This document shows positions 1 through 13,490 of a DNA stretch of 50,778 bases, one piece after another. The notes beneath the pieces were generated by a model that was not told the origin of the DNA, ran no database searches, and was given only the letters and a program-made list of their open reading frames with translations. The position numbers and the translations under genes were made by a program. The stretch's first letter is position 1, and every line of letters begins with the position of its first letter. The DNA comes from Chiloscyllium plagiosum (lineage: Eukaryota), in NCBI RefSeq assembly GCF_004010195.1, contig NC_057719.1, forward strand, positions 94,968,599-95,019,376, written 5' to 3'.

Positions 1-126
1 CCTGTACTATAACTCCTTGCAATAAGGACCAGTACATCTTCCTAATTGCCTACAAACTTGCAAGCTAAATTGAAATCTCAGAATAGTATAATGCAAGCTC
101 AGGCACTATTACACTAATCATAGGGG

Positions 127-2310
127 ATGTTCACTGGGTGAATCAGGTTGGTAGTAGATCCCAAGGAAAGGAATTTCTGAATTGTCCACAAGATGATTTG
201 CTTGGAACACTTGTGGTTCTGCCAACTAGAGAACAGGCAATTCTGGATTTGGTAATAAGGCAGCCTTATTGAGGGAGCTGGAGGTGAAAGAACCCATTGG
301 GGTAGTGCACATAATATGATAGAATTCACCCTGCAGTTTGAGAGGGAGAAGATTGAATTAGATGTAATGGCATCACACTTGAGGAAAAAAATAATTATAA
401 AGATGTGAAAGTGGAGCTGGTAAGAATTGATTGTATGAGGAGCCTAGCAGGGAAGACAATGGAGCAGCAACAGCAGCAGTTTGGGAGGCATAGCAATAGA
501 GAAGGAGCACACTAAGGGAAGGATGGGTAACTGAGAGGCAGGAGTGGACATTAGACTGTTGGGAAATGAAGCTGAAGAAGTAGTAATGGGGAATATAAAA
601 ATAGTGGAAGAACTTAATTAGTAATTTGCATCAATCTTCAAGGTGGAAGGCACCATTGCAGCGTACCAGACCTTCATAGGGAGTCAGGGGCACAGGTGGA
701 TGTGGTGGCCATCACTAACGAGAAGGTGCTGGAAAGCTGCAATGTCTGAAGATGAAAGTATCCTGGACCAGAAGTACTACACTCCAGAGCTCTGAAGGCA
801 GTAGCTGTGAAGATTCTAGAGGCATTGGTGGTGATTTTTCAGGAAACATTGGAATCAGGGAGGATTACAGAGAACTGGAAAATGGCTAATGTAACATCCT
901 GTTTAAGAAGGAAGGCAGGTCAAAGATAGCAAATTATAGGCTGATTAGCCTGACCTAAGATAACCAGACTGGTAAGATTTTAAAGTCCATCATTAAAGAT
1001 GAAATTGCGGAGTATTTGCAAGTGCATGGTAAAATAGGGCTCAGTCAATATAGTTTCTTCATGGCTGATAAATCTATTTGAATTCTTTGAGGAGGTAGCA
1101 AACAAGTTAAACAGAGGAGAGGCAGTGGACATGATCTACTTGGATTTCCAGAAGACCTTTGACATGGTATCACATAGAAGGCTACTAAATAAAATAAGAA
1201 TCCATGGTGTTAAGGGTAATGCACTGGTATTGATAGAGGATTGGCTAATTGGCAGAAGGCTGAGAGCAGGGCTAAGTGGGTCTTTTTCAGAATGGCAGTC
1301 AGTGACTACTGGAGTTCTGCAGGGGTCAGTTTTGGAACCACAGCTATTCACACCAGACATTAATGATCTGGATGAAGGAACTGAGGACATTGTTGCTAAG
1401 TTTGCAGATGACATAAAGACAGGTGGAGGCACAGGTAGTGTTGAGGAAATGGGGAGGCTGCAGGAGGACTTGGACAGGTTAGGAGAATGGGCACAGAACA
1501 GGCAGATGGAATACAATGCAGAAAAGTGTGAGGTCACACACATCAGTCGACAAAATAGAAGTAGAGATTATTTTCAAAATGGGCAACATTTTCAGAAATC
1601 TGACGCATAAAGGGACGTAGAAGTCCCAGTTCAGGATATTCTTAAGGTTAACATGCAAGTTAGGATGTTAGCAGTTAGGAAGGCAATGCAATGTTAGCAT
1701 TCATTTCAAGAGGGATAGAATACAAGAGCAGGGATGTACCGCTGAGGCTGTATAATACTCTGGTAAGACCACATTTGGAATATTGTGAGCAGTTTTCGGC
1801 CCCATATCTAAGGAAGATATGCTGGCATTGAAGGGGGTCCAAAGGAGACTTACAAGATAGATCCCAGTAATGAAGGGCTTGTTATATGAGGAGTGGTTTA
1901 GGATTTGGGGTCTGTACTCAATGGGTTTTAAAAGGATGAGGGGAAATCTCACTGAAACTTACAGAATACTGAGAGGCCTGGATAGAGTGGACATGGAGAC
2001 AATATTTCTACTAGTCAGACAGACTAGGACCTAAGGGCACAGCCTCAGAGTGAAGGGATGACCCTTTAGAACTGAGATGATGAGGAATATCTTCATTCAG
2101 TGGGTGGTGAATCTGTGGAACTCATTGCTACAAAGGGCTGTGGAGTGTGTTTAAGACACAAATAGACATGTTCTAAATTAATAAGAAGATCAAGGGTTGT
2201 GTGGAGAAGCAGGGGAATGGGGTTGAGAAACATATCAGATATGGTTGAATGGTGGAGCACACTCAATGGGCCAAATGGGCCTAATGTTGTTCCTCCTAAA
2301 TTATGACCTT
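127..2310 (+). mobile_element. Degenerate CR1-type LINE (ORF2 RT region and 3' end)
   Basis: ORF 1125-1610 has YLDFQKTFD, GVLQGSVL and KFADD RT motifs; there are frameshifts and stops, and a CR1-like 3' tail near 2250-2310. Confidence 0.9.
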
Positions 2311-2814
2311 ACAGAATGCTGTCATGATGACAATTGATGTTAATGCTCAGCATCTCAATTAATATAACAATCTGTGCTCTCTTGGGTTACCATAGTTACT
2401 GTGACACTACCATGTGAGAGATAAAGTGTCTCAATGGGGCACAAGCCTGCTGTCCCTCTTTTAAGGTGACAACACTTCCTCCCACCAATGCCAATGCTTG
2501 CACCCAGCCAACTCTGACCTGCTATCATTTATACTGAAGTGGTATCAGTTGAAACTGGGCCTTCTAGACCAGAGCAATTTATGGTTATCCTCCAGGTTAT
2601 CTGTAGCTTCCCACACTGAAAATTAGTCACCTTCCATTCAACATGCTGCTGTATATGACAGCACTGCATAGGGACAACAGGCAATGGAATACACATTGGT
2701 GATTAGCTGACTTTTGTATGAAGTATTTGTCTCTTTTTGGATAAAGTTGATTTGGATAGGTTCTAACATCAACAGCACTTGTAATACTAACCTATGACCT
2801 AACAAACCCACAAC

Positions 2815-3300
2815 CACTTCCATCTAGGAGGACAAGGGCAGCAGGTACCTGGGTACAGCAGCCCCTGCAAGTTCCTCTCCAAGTCATTCACCGTCTTGTT
2901 GCTGGCGGTCAAAATCCTGGAACTCCGTCCCTAATTGCATTGTGAGCCTACACCAAATAGATTGCAGTAGTTGAAGAAGGCAACTCAGCACCACATTCTC
3001 TTTCCCAGAGGGTGGTGGGTGCCTGGAATGTGTTGCCAGCAGAGGTGGTAGAGGCGGGCACAATAGCATCATTTAAGATGCATCTGGACAGATACATGAA
3101 TGGATAGGGAGCAGAGGGATACAGACCCTTAGAAAATAGGTGACAGCTTTAGATGGAGGATCTAGATCAGTGCAGGATTGGAGGGCCAAAGGGTCTGTTC
3201 CTGTCCTGTAATTTTCTTTTTTCTTTGTTCTCAAGGGAAATCAGGGATGCGTAATAAATGCTGGCCCAGTCAGCAATGACAAATCTCACAAATGAATTTT
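2815..3300 (+). mobile_element. 3' end of a CR1/L2-type LINE interrupted by a second CR1 3'-end fragment (3001-3228)
   Basis: The LINE tail (...ccacattctc / tcaagggaaatcagggatgcgtaataaatgctggcc) is split by a segment with the CR1 motif gggtggtgggtgcctggaa...gggccaaagggtctgttcctgt. Confidence 0.65.
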
Positions 3301-3877
3301 TTTTTAAAATCACTACAGACTTCCTATACATGCTCCAATGTCCTCCTCAAGATGCTGTTTGATAGGGAGGGCCAGGATTGCAATTGTAGAATAGCTATTT
3401 GGACAAGATACAGGAAGGTTACTGATTGACCAGTTGTCTCCTAATGCAAGTCAACATCTGCTGGAACATAGAGTCATAGAATCATAGAGATGTACAGCAT
3501 GGAAACAGACCCTTCAATCCCACCTGTTCATGCTGACCAGCTATACTAACCCAATCTAGTCTCACCTGCCAGCACCTGGCCCATATCCCTCCAAACCCTT
3601 CCTGTTCATATACCCATCCAGATCCCTTTTAAATGTGCAATTGTACCAGCCTCCACCACTTCCTTTAGCAGCTCATTCCATACGCATAACACCCTCTGCA
3701 TGAAAGAATTGCCCCTTCAGTCTCTTTTATATCTTTCCCCTCTCACCCTAAACCTATGCCCTATAGTTCTGGACTCCCCGATCCCAGGGAAAAGACTTTG
3801 TCTATTTATCCTATCCATACCCCTCATAATTTTGTAAACCTCTATAAGGTCACCCCTCAGCCTCCGACGCTCCAGGG

Positions 3878-3950
3878 NNNNNNNNNNNNNNNNNNNNNNN
3901 NNNNNNNNNNNNNNNNNNNNNNNNNNNNNNNNNNNNNNNNNNNNNNNNNN
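3878..3950. other. Assembly gap (73 N)
   Basis: Run of N inside the LINE. Confidence 1.
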
Positions 3951-4756
3951 ACCTGCACTCCAAGGTCTCTTTGTTCAGCAACACTCCCTAGGACCTTACC
4001 ATTAAGTGTATAAGTCCTGCTAAGATTTGCTTTCTCAAATGCAGCACCTCGCATTTATCTGAATTAAACTCCATCTGCCACTCCTCAGCCCATTAGCCCA
4101 TCTGATCAAGATCCCTTTGTAATCTGAAGTAAACTCCTTTGTTGTCCACTAGACCTCCATTTTTGGTGTCATCTGCAAACTTATTAACTGTATCTCTTAT
4201 GCTCACATCCAAATCATTTATATAAATGATGAAAAGTAGTGGACCCAGCACCAATCCTTGTGGCACTCCACTGGTCACAGGTCTCCAGTCTGAAAAACAA
4301 CCCTCAACCACCACCCTCTATCTTCTACCTTTGAGTCAGTTCTGTATCCAAATGACTAGTTCTCCCTGTATTCCATGAGATCTAACCTTGCTAATCAGGA
4401 TCCCATGGACAACCTTGTCGAACACCTTACTGAAGTCCATATGGATCACAACTACTGCTCTTCCCTCATCAATCTTCTTTGTTATTTCTTCAAAAAACTC
4501 AATCAAGTTTGTGAGAAATTATTTTCCAAGCATAAAGCCATGTTGAGATCCCTAATCAGTCCTTGCCTTTCCAAATGCATGTACATCCTGTCCCTCAGGA
4601 TTTCCTCCAACAACTTGCCCACCACCGATGTCAAGCTCAATGGTCTATAGTTCCCTCACCACCCTTCTTAAACTTTGGCACCACGTTAGTCAATCTCCAG
4701 TCTTCCACCACCTCACCTGTGACCATTGATGGTCCAAATATCTCAGCAAAAAGCCC

Positions 4757-5948
4757 AGTAGATGATAGTAAACCGGTTGATGTGGTGGAAATGGATTTCA
4801 GGAAGGCGTTCAATAAGGTTCCCCACAGTAGGCTATTGTACGAAATGCAGAGGAATGGGATTGTGGGAGTTATAGCAGTTGGATCAGTAACTGGCTTGCT
4901 GAAAAAATGCAGTGGGTGGTGGTTGATGGGAAATGTTCATCCTGGAATCCAGTTACAGTGGTGTACCGCAAAGGTCGGTGTTGGGTGCACTGCTGTTCAT
5001 CATTTTTATAAACGACCTGGATGAGGGCGTAAAGGGTGGGTTAGTAAATTCGCAGACGACACTAAGGTCGGTGGAGTTGTGGATAGTGACAAAGGATGTT
5101 GTAGGTTACAGAGAGCCATAGATACGCTGCAGAGCTGGGCTAAGAGGTGGCAAATGGAGTTTAATGCAGACAAGTGTGAGGTGATTCACTTTGGTCGGAG
5201 TAACCGGAATGCAAAGTACTGGGCTAATGGTAAGATTCTTGGTAGTGTAGATGAGCAAGGAGATCTCGGTGTCCAGGTACACAGATCCTTGAAAGTTGCC
5301 ACCCAGGTTGACAGGGTTGTTAAGAAGGTATACGGTGTTTTAGCTTTTATTAATAGAGGGATCAAGTTCCGGAACCATGAGGTTATGCTACAGCTGTACA
5401 ATACTCTAATGCTGCCGCATTTGAAGTGTTGTGTATAGTTCTGGTCACCGCATTATAAGAAGGATATGGAAGCTTTGGAAAGGGTGCAGAGGAGATTTAC
5501 TAGGATGTTGCCTGGTATGGAGGGAAGGTCTTATAAGTAAAGGCTGAGGGCCTTGAGGCTGTTTTTGTTGGAGAGAAGAAGGTTGAGCGATGACTTAATA
5601 GAGACATATAAGATAATCAGAGGGTTAGATAGGGTGGACAGGGAGAGCCTTTTTCCAAGAATGGTGACAGCGAGCATGAGGGGGCATAGCTTTAAATTGA
5701 GGGGTGATAGATATAGGACAGATGTCAGAGGTAGTTTCTTTACTCAGGGTAGTAAGGGTATGGAATGCTTTGCCTGCAACGGTAGTAGATTCACCAACTT
5801 TAAGTACATTTAAGTCGTCATTGGACAAGCATATGGACATACATGGAATAGTGTAGGTTAGATGGGCTTCAGATTGGTATGACAGGTCAGAGCAACATCG
5901 AGGGCCAAAGGGCCTGTACTGCGCTGTAATGTTCTATGTTCTATGTTC
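4757..5948 (+). mobile_element. 5'-truncated CR1-type LINE nested in opposite orientation in the older LINE
   Basis: RT fragments (MDFRKAFNKVPH, GVPQRSVLG, WQMEFNADKCEVIHFG) and a 3' tail (atgttct)n at 5929-5948; the host LINE resumes at 5949. Confidence 0.92.
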
Positions 5949-8284
5949 AATCACTTCCCTAGCTTCCCACAGAGTTCTCAGGTACACCTGATCAGGTCCT
6001 GAGGATTAATCTACTTTTATGTGTTTCAAGGCATCCAGCACTTCCTCCTTTGTAATATAGACATTTTTCAAAATGTCACCATCTATTTCCCTACATTCTA
6101 TATCTTCCGTGTCCTTCTCCACAGTAAATACTGATGCAAAATACTCATTTAGTATCTTCCCCATCTCCTGTGGCTCCACACAAAGGCCGCCTTGCTGATT
6201 TTTGAGGGGCCCTATTCTCTCCCTAGTTACCCTTTTGTCCTTAATGTATTTGTAAAACCTTTTGGATTCTCCTTATCTCTTTTTGCCAAAGCTATCCCAC
6301 ATCCTCTTTTTGCCCTCCTGATTTCCCTCTTGAGTATACTCCTACTTCCTTTATACTCTAAGGATTCATTTGATTTATCCTGTCTATACCTAACATATGC
6401 TTCCGTCTTATTCTGAAACAAACCCTCAATTCTTTTTAGTCATCCAGCATTCCCTATACCTGCCAGACTTCCCTTTCACCCTGACAGGAATATACTTTCT
6501 CTGGATTCTTGTTATCTCATTTCTGAAGGCTTCCCATTTTCCAGCCGTCCCTTTACCTGTGAACATCTGCCCCAATCAGTTTTTGAAAGTTCTTGCCTAA
6601 TACCGTCAAAATTTGCCTTTCTCCAATTTAGAACTTCAACTTTTAGATCTGGTCTATCTTTTTCCATCAATATTTAAAACTAATAGAATTATGGTCACTG
6701 ATCCCAAAGTGCTCCCCCACTGACACCTCAGTCACCTGCCCTGCTTTATTTCCCAAGAGTAGGTCAAGTTTTGTACCTTCTCCATTAGGTACATCCACGT
6801 ATTGAATCTGAACATTTTCTTGTACACACTTAACAAATTCCTCTCTATCTAAACGTTCAACACCATAGCAGTCCCAGACTATGTTTGGAAAGTTAAAATC
6901 CCTTACCATAACCACCCTATTTTTCTCACAGATAGCTGAGATCTCCTTACAAGTTTGTTTCTCAATTTCCCTTTGACCATTAGGGGGTCTATAATACAAT
7001 CCCAATAAGGTGATCATCCCTTTCTTATTTCTCAGTTCAATCGAAATAACTTCCCTGGATGTATTTCCAGGAACATCTTCCCTCAGCACAGCTGTAATGC
7101 TATCCCTTATCAAAAATGCCACTCCCCCTCCTCTCTTGCTCCCCTTTCTGTCCTTCCTGTAGCATTTGTATCCTGGAACATTAAGCTGCCAATCCTGTCC
7201 ATCCCTGAGCCACATTTCTGTAATTGCTATGATATCCCAGTCCCATGTTCCTAACCATGCCCTGAGTTCATCTGCCTTCCCAGTTAGGCATCTAGCATTG
7301 AAGTAAATGCAGTTTAATTTATCAGTCCTACCTTGTTCTCTGCTTTGTTCCTGCCTGCCCTGACTGTTTGACTCACTTCTATTCTCGACTGTACCAGTCT
7401 CAGATTGATCTCTTTCCTTACTATCTCCCTGGGTCCCACACCCTGGAATTGTTAACATTTAAAAATAAATTAAATTTGGAAAATATGATTGGAAATGGTT
7501 TGCTCTATATAATGTACTGTATACGTATTCTCCTGTCCTCACTTCCCAGTATTAATAAAGAAAATAGGTCAAATAATTGAGTAGTAGTTATACTGAGTCA
7601 GATTTATTTAATCTTTCATGATATTTTCACCTAAACTTGATAATACTGTGAAGGGTTGTGAGTTGTGTTGAAACTCATGGCTTATTTTCAAAACTGAATA
7701 TCTGTCAGAGTGCATTGCACTGAGTGTTAGTGGCTTCTTAGAATTATATAAATCACAGTAGATTTATATTTAGTTGAAAACCTACAACATATTTATGACT
7801 ACGTATTAGCCAAACACATGGGAGTTATTAAATTATTGTGCGAATATTTAGGACACTATAATTAGGAAGATGAAATTTGGCTTATTTTAATTTCCAGGTT
7901 TCACTTTTAATAGCTGAGTGAACAGTGCCTTACTTATTGCGTGTTTATTCATTATGGATTAAAATCATGCAAAACTCATGAGCAAAAGTATTTATCATAA
8001 AGTTGTATGACATTAAAATGAATCACATCGGAAAACGAGGCTGATGTGGGATAATATTTTCACACGTAGCACAGTTCCGAACTTGAGTATTACTTGCAGA
8101 TGGGTTAGCTTTTCTTCAGAGTTTCTGTTTGATACTTTTCATAATGTTGGGAGTGATCATTTTGGGGTAATTTTAACCCCTTGAAACAATTGGATTTGGA
8201 CTACAATTGTGAAACAATTTAAATTCAACGGCACCCTTTCTCTACACGATTTACTTCCTATTTCATCGATAACAACATACGTTA

Positions 8285-8507
8285 AAGTTAAAAATCACAC
8301 AACACCAGGTTATAGTCCAACAGATTTATTTGGAATCACTAGCTTTTAGAGCACTGCTCCTTCATCAGGTGCTCCACAACCACCTGATGAAGGAGCGACG
8401 CTCCAAAAGCTAGTGTGCATCCAATTAAATCTATTGGACTATAACCTGGTGTTGTGTGATTTTTAACTTCGTACATCTCAATCCGAAACCGGCATCTCCA
8501 AATCATG
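8285..8507. mobile_element. Fold-back PLE-derived mini-element, family B, with hammerhead motif
   Basis: Inverted arms aagttaaaaatcacacaacaccagg... / ...cctggtgttgtgtgatttttaactt. Motif CAC CTGATGA A GGAGC gac GCTCC (a)AAA GCTA GTG at 8381-8415. Imperfect TSD 8274-8287/8508-8521 (12/14). Confidence 0.8.
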
Positions 8508-10429
8508 AACACACTTTAAAGGAAATTTTATGCCTCCATTTTAAAATTTCCATTCCCACCATTAGTTATAATTCCTTAGCTTTGAGATATCTGCAGGCAA
8601 AAGAGGTGAGAGGTGCTATGTTAATATTTTTACAGAATACTTTGAGGGCCAGGAGACTCTCCCCCTAACAGCCCATTAAACTATTCAATACACCTCTGCA
8701 TAATATGTCCAGTGACCTCTAACCTTGATCCTCATGCTCATCCATCTCCTAACTCCAATGACCTCCAACTTCCAATTTCCAACATTCTTTCTCCATTGCA
8801 ATCTCTTGGCGCCATGATCATCTTTTCCCTTGATTGCTCTATCACCCTTAGGTCTGACAACACTCTGCCTGCACCATGGCATTGGTGGCCAATCCTTTAG
8901 CTAATATGTTAGGGTTTCCCATTAAAAACTCTTCTTCCTGGTTCCAATGTGGTCTCGAGCACTTGAATGGAATATTTTCTTTCAGTGCCTCATAAAATTT
9001 TATTGTAGTGACATAATGAACAGAGGAGCCTTCTTTTAAGCAGTTCATCATGGTCAATGACAATTCATTGGAAGAGATTAAATACTGTCATGCAAAGCAA
9101 TACTGCATAGGAACCAAGCCAAGACATTGTGATTGTCATCAAATGAGCACCGACTATTCTAATTTGCATCTTTGTATAGACACAAGGATGAGCAAAGGTA
9201 GTTTGACCCATCAAACATTATCCCACAAAGATCGCTTTTGAAATATGTGTCAGTTTGCAAGAACACTAGTGTACATGAGTCATCTTCCTGAATATTGTTA
9301 ACTCATTGAACAACCTTTACATTTTGAACGCTGAAGCTTGGCTTTTTTACTTTCTGCCAATAAAATGTGAACTTCCACCGTGATTCTGGGGACTTTGATT
9401 TTAAGTCACAGGCAATAAGCACACCCTACCTAAACTCAAAAGGTGTTGTCTAAATCTGCAGAGTGGGATCCAAATACTTTTGAATATTTGCCGAAAACAA
9501 AGGAGCAGCTTCCATGCTCGGCTGAAAGACACTGAAGGCTGACCATTAGAAGAACAGACCTTTCAATGTAAAGTCCATTTCTTTCTTTGTAAGGTGAAGA
9601 AAAACAGGATATCTTGCTTAGATTTCAGCCCCTTCTCAAACCACTCATCTCATCTCCACTGTCACTTTGGTCTTGATGGATGATATTATTGGTTGGGAGA
9701 CTCTTTTTAATCATTTTTGTGGGGAGGTCAGCCAACAGCATGTTACTGAGTCTGGCTATTAAAATCATCTTTTGCTTACTCGATTGTTCTCCTGACTGGA
9801 CTTGAAATCCTGCTGTCTATTTCAAATCTAGTCTTGGGAACACATAATGCAAAAAATTCAACAATCATTTGTGTGAAGTTTTTTGCATTGCATAACTAAA
9901 GTATGGTCTAGAAATTACTGTTGGCTTTGATTTCAATCAATCAACACTTAAGCATGCAAATAAAATTTCACTATCTTATTAAAAATGGGTTAAAGCCTCT
10001 ATTATAATAAAGAATGTCACATCAATGTGCTCTATTCTTCCATTAACAGTCTCTAGCTTGATATTATTTTAAAAATTATCTGCTTTAAGCTCACATAAGG
10101 ATTGTGGTAACCAAGTCATAACCGGATTATTTTCAAAGAACCTTGTCCTATTGTTTGTAAAGTAATTATAAGGTTCACAGATTGAGCACTATTTGAATTT
10201 ACAGTTATCAGTTAGTAACTGTGTGAATGGTGGACAGTCTTTAGGGAGTCCAGAAGTGAGTTATTTGCTGAAGTTTCCCTTGCCTCTATCCTGTCCTTGT
10301 AGTCGCAGTATTCAAATGGCCAGCCCAGTTCAGTTTCTAGGCAATGATAACCCAGATAGTGTTGATAGTAGGGAATTCAGGGATTATAATGCCATTGAAT
10401 GACAATGGGGTGATCATCAAATTCTCTCT

Positions 10430-10643
10430 AAACAAAAAAAACAAAGAACTACAGATGCTGAAAGTCAGAAACAAAAACAGAAATTACTGGAAAATTTCAG
10501 CAATCCTGGCAGCATCTATGGAGAGAAAGCAGAGTTAACATTTCTGAAGAAAGGTCACTGGACCCAAAATGTTAATTCTGCTTTCTCTCCACAGATACTG
10601 CCAGACCTGCGATGTTTCTCCAGCAATTTCTGTTTTTGATTAG
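10430..10643. mobile_element. Fold-back PLE-derived mini-element, family D
   Basis: Inverted arms (aaaaacagaaatt..ctgg..ctggcagcatct..ggagagaaagcagagttaacattt and its reverse complement). Decayed core CTGAAGA AAGGTC actg GACCC aAAA tGTT AA. The sequence attctctct is repeated on both flanks. Confidence 0.7.
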
Positions 10644-10718
10644 ATTCTCTCTTGTTGATACGATCATTGTTTGACACCTGAGTGACAATGAATGTTGCTC
10701 AACTCTTGTCATCCCAAG

Positions 10719-10816
10719 TCTAGATTAGAGTGGTACTGGAAAAGCACAGTAGGTCAGGCAGCATCCCAGGAACAGGAAAATCGATGTTTCAGGCAAAAGC
10801 CCTTCATCAGGAATGT
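10719..10816 (-). mobile_element. Single-arm PLE-derived mini-element, family A variant (CTGATGA core)
   Basis: Exact 15-bp TSD tcttgtcatcccaag (10704-10718/10817-10831); minus-strand CTGATGA A GGGC tttt GCCT GAAA CATC. Confidence 0.8.
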
Positions 10817-11984
10817 TCTTGTCATCCCAAGGCTGGATACTGTCCAGGTCTTGTTATATCTGAACAGCTATTGCTTGAGCCCCTGAGGAGTCAGGAATGG
10901 TGCACATTGTGCACCAAATATCCCCACTTTTGACATTATGATGGAGGGAAGGTACACTAATTGTGAGAAAGCTAGTTTTGAGCTGAGAATGAATCACACC
11001 AAAACAAATCAGCTGCTGTATAAAGCTTCAAGACCCGACATCAGAGGGTTGAGGCTGACATATGGTTTCTCAGAATATGTCTTACCTTTGCCCCTTCTTC
11101 TTCCCAAAGAGTGCACCATGTCCCTTTTCTGTAGGTTATCTAGATATCCAGGTCACTGCTGGACGTGAGTGCCCACTTCCCAAGTTGCCCATGAGCCAGA
11201 AAGACCAAGACCAAAAGGCACTGAAGAGCAACAACAGCTACTGAAACTCAAGTATCTAGGGTGGAAAAAGGAACTATCAGCTTGAACTGGCTTGGGCTAT
11301 TTGTAAAAAACAATGTCCGGATTATCTGGGGTGAATGCGAGGAGGTTGGGACCCAACTGAAGCTCACTGGATATGTGGAGCACGCACCTCAGGCAGTAGC
11401 TTCCTGATGCAGTTACGTAGCCCTTTCCCAGAGGATCAGAGGCCAAGGGCAGTGCAAAGTAACTGTGGGAGGGAAGAGAAGTGTACAACTTCAAGGCAAC
11501 CTCAGGGCAAGGTTGAAATAACATACTTGTGGCTGTCTATTTCCTTCTAGACTGAAATTGCTTCCAGCTGTTTGTAAGCCCCATTCTTATCTCCTATGGT
11601 AGCCTGAGGCTTTCCCATTATATCATCTTTTGCTTTCGAATTTACTGTTTGTCTCTCAATGAATTTAACATTTTTTTTTAACTCATGAATTAGCTGACAG
11701 TTCATTGAACAGCAATAAATTGTTTTAGTTAATATTTTGGCCCTAATTTTAACTCTGACAGAAGTTTGTTTGGGCTGGGGAGAGAGTGTAGTTGAATCAC
11801 GTGCTGTGGCTGTTTTCCCTGTGATCTGCCACTTTCACGTTGTGGGCTAACATTAAACATCTCTTTTTGAGGGGGTGAACAGAACACCCACTGAAAGGCA
11901 ATGACATTCACTGTAAAATATATAAAACAATGATCAACATCAGAATCTTTTTATTCCAAAGCCTGTGGAACCAGTCTCGTGGTT

Positions 11985-12074
11985 GTATGATAAACCCCTC
12001 TCCCGTATGATAAACCCCTCTCCCGTATGATAAACCCCTCTCCTGTATGATAAACCCCTCTCCCGTATGATAAA
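11985..12074. repeat. Tandem minisatellite, 20-bp unit gtatgataaacccctctccc x4.5
   Basis: Units start at 11985, 12005, 12025, 12045 and 12065, with one mismatch. Confidence 0.95.
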
Positions 12075-13027
12075 TGGCCTATTATCTGAAACTACAGCTA
12101 CAGTTAGGCAGATTGTACTTCATAAAAGGCCAAAGCAGATAAATTTAATTTTTATTAGGTTCCCATGTGGTCTAAAAAGAGCAGCAGCAGATAGATGGGT
12201 CCTGTTTGCCAGTGATCTATTCTTGCCACCCACAAGATACTGCATTTTCCTGGTTTGGGTAGGACATAGTGAAAGTTATGGTCTGAAGGTTGAACCATCA
12301 AGCTCAGGTAGGCCTCCGTACCATTAGGTTCCTCAAGTACACCACGCAACTCATGACCTGGATAAACTGACTGTATCCACAACTCCTTTAAAACTGGAGT
12401 CAGCTTTAATAACATAATTTATCACGTGAGCTTTATTGCATTTCTGAGACAGGTACAATAAAATATGAACGGCAAGTTAGAACAAAGATAGGGGGAAAAG
12501 AAAGAGAATTACAAAAATGTTGTGAAATAAATGTCACTTTTACAGATGGATAGCCAACCACTGAATGCATGAGCAGATTGACAACCCAGTCAGAGGAATA
12601 AGTGATCTCCTTAATTTTGATTTTCTAGTCTCATTTTTATTTTCCTGACCAGTTCCAGGGGAGCAAATAGGCAGAACAAAGGAGACTGGGTGAAACAGGC
12701 AGAATGTACAGGCTGAGACTGGGGGAGGGGAAAGGCCATATAGTCTCGTTCCTCAGTGGCACACTAAAATAAATCATATTAGTTCTGATGTGTGTGTCGC
12801 TTTTGATCCATAGCCTATGAACTAGTCCAGTTGATCTACAGTAAACTTCCTTTCCTTGTAAAAGATGGTCCATTACTTAAAATACATAAACCTTTGGCCC
12901 CTCGTTTTCTAAATTGCACTGAGCACCTCACCATTATTGTGCATGACTAAATCTGTTTACTTACTGAAGTTATTAACACTAATAGTAAATGCTGATTCTT
13001 TCAAGAAGAAGAATTAGATGATATTTC

Positions 13028-13490
13028 AAAGTTAAAAATCACACAACACCAGGTTATAGTCCAACAGGTTTATTTGGAAGCACTTGCTTTCGGAGCACTG
13101 CTCCTTCATCAGGTGGTTGTGGAGTATAAGATTGTAAGACACAGAATTTATAACAAAAGTTTACAGTGTGATTCCACTGAAAGTATATACTGAAAAAGAC
13201 CTGGATTGTTTGTTAAGTCTCTCATATGAAAGAACTGAAACCAACATGGTCATTCTAAAATATGAGAGACTTAACAAACAATCCAGGTCTTTTTCAAAAT
13301 ATAATTTCAGTTGCATCACACTGTAAACCTTTGCTATAAATTCGGTGTCTTATGATCTTATACTTAACCACCTGATGAAGGAGCAGTGCTTTGAAAGCTA
13401 GTACTTCCAAATAAATCTGTTGGACTATAATCTGGTGCTGAGTGATTTTTAACTTTGTCCATGCCAGTCCAACACCTGCACCTCCAAATC
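13028..13490. mobile_element. Long fold-back PLE-derived element, family B (~200-bp arms)
   Basis: Inverted arms ~13028-13226 and ~13260-13456. Hammerhead-like cores in both arms (13372-13400 on +, ~13081-13114 on -). Exact 14-bp TSD atgatatttcaaag (13018-13031/13491-13504). Confidence 0.88.

Larger units (their letters stand above)
3468..7445 (-). mobile_element. Near full-length ORF2 of a CR1/HER1-like LINE (APE endonuclease + RT), split by a younger LINE at 4757-5948
   Basis: ORF 6667-7458 is an APE endonuclease (YFNAR, IIAITEMW, GGGVA, YYRPP, DFNFP, LDLLL, SDH). ORF 4093-4314 has the RT motifs GVPQG and KFADD. A catagagtcatagaatcataga-type tail lies at ~3468. Confidence 0.92.
10210..10950 (-). 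mobile_element. Old LINE fragment (CR1/L2-type) hosting two PLE mini-elements
   Basis: Degenerate LINE-like sequence interrupted at ~10430-10643 and 10719-10816. Confidence 0.5.

Noticed and set aside
2638..2823. LQVLLMLEP faintly like the steroid receptor LBD helix 1 (LINLLMSIEP)
   Set aside because: Downstream LBD motifs (YAGHD, LNQL, VKWSK/WAK) are absent; chance similarity.
11985..12074. Regular 20-bp repeats resembling a CRISPR array
   Set aside because: No unique spacers; head-to-tail minisatellite in eukaryotic DNA with no cas genes.
12155..12415. Minus-strand ORF with VYPGH resembling IYAGH of PR exon 4
   Set aside because: Spacing and the surrounding residues do not match, and there are no helix 3 motifs.
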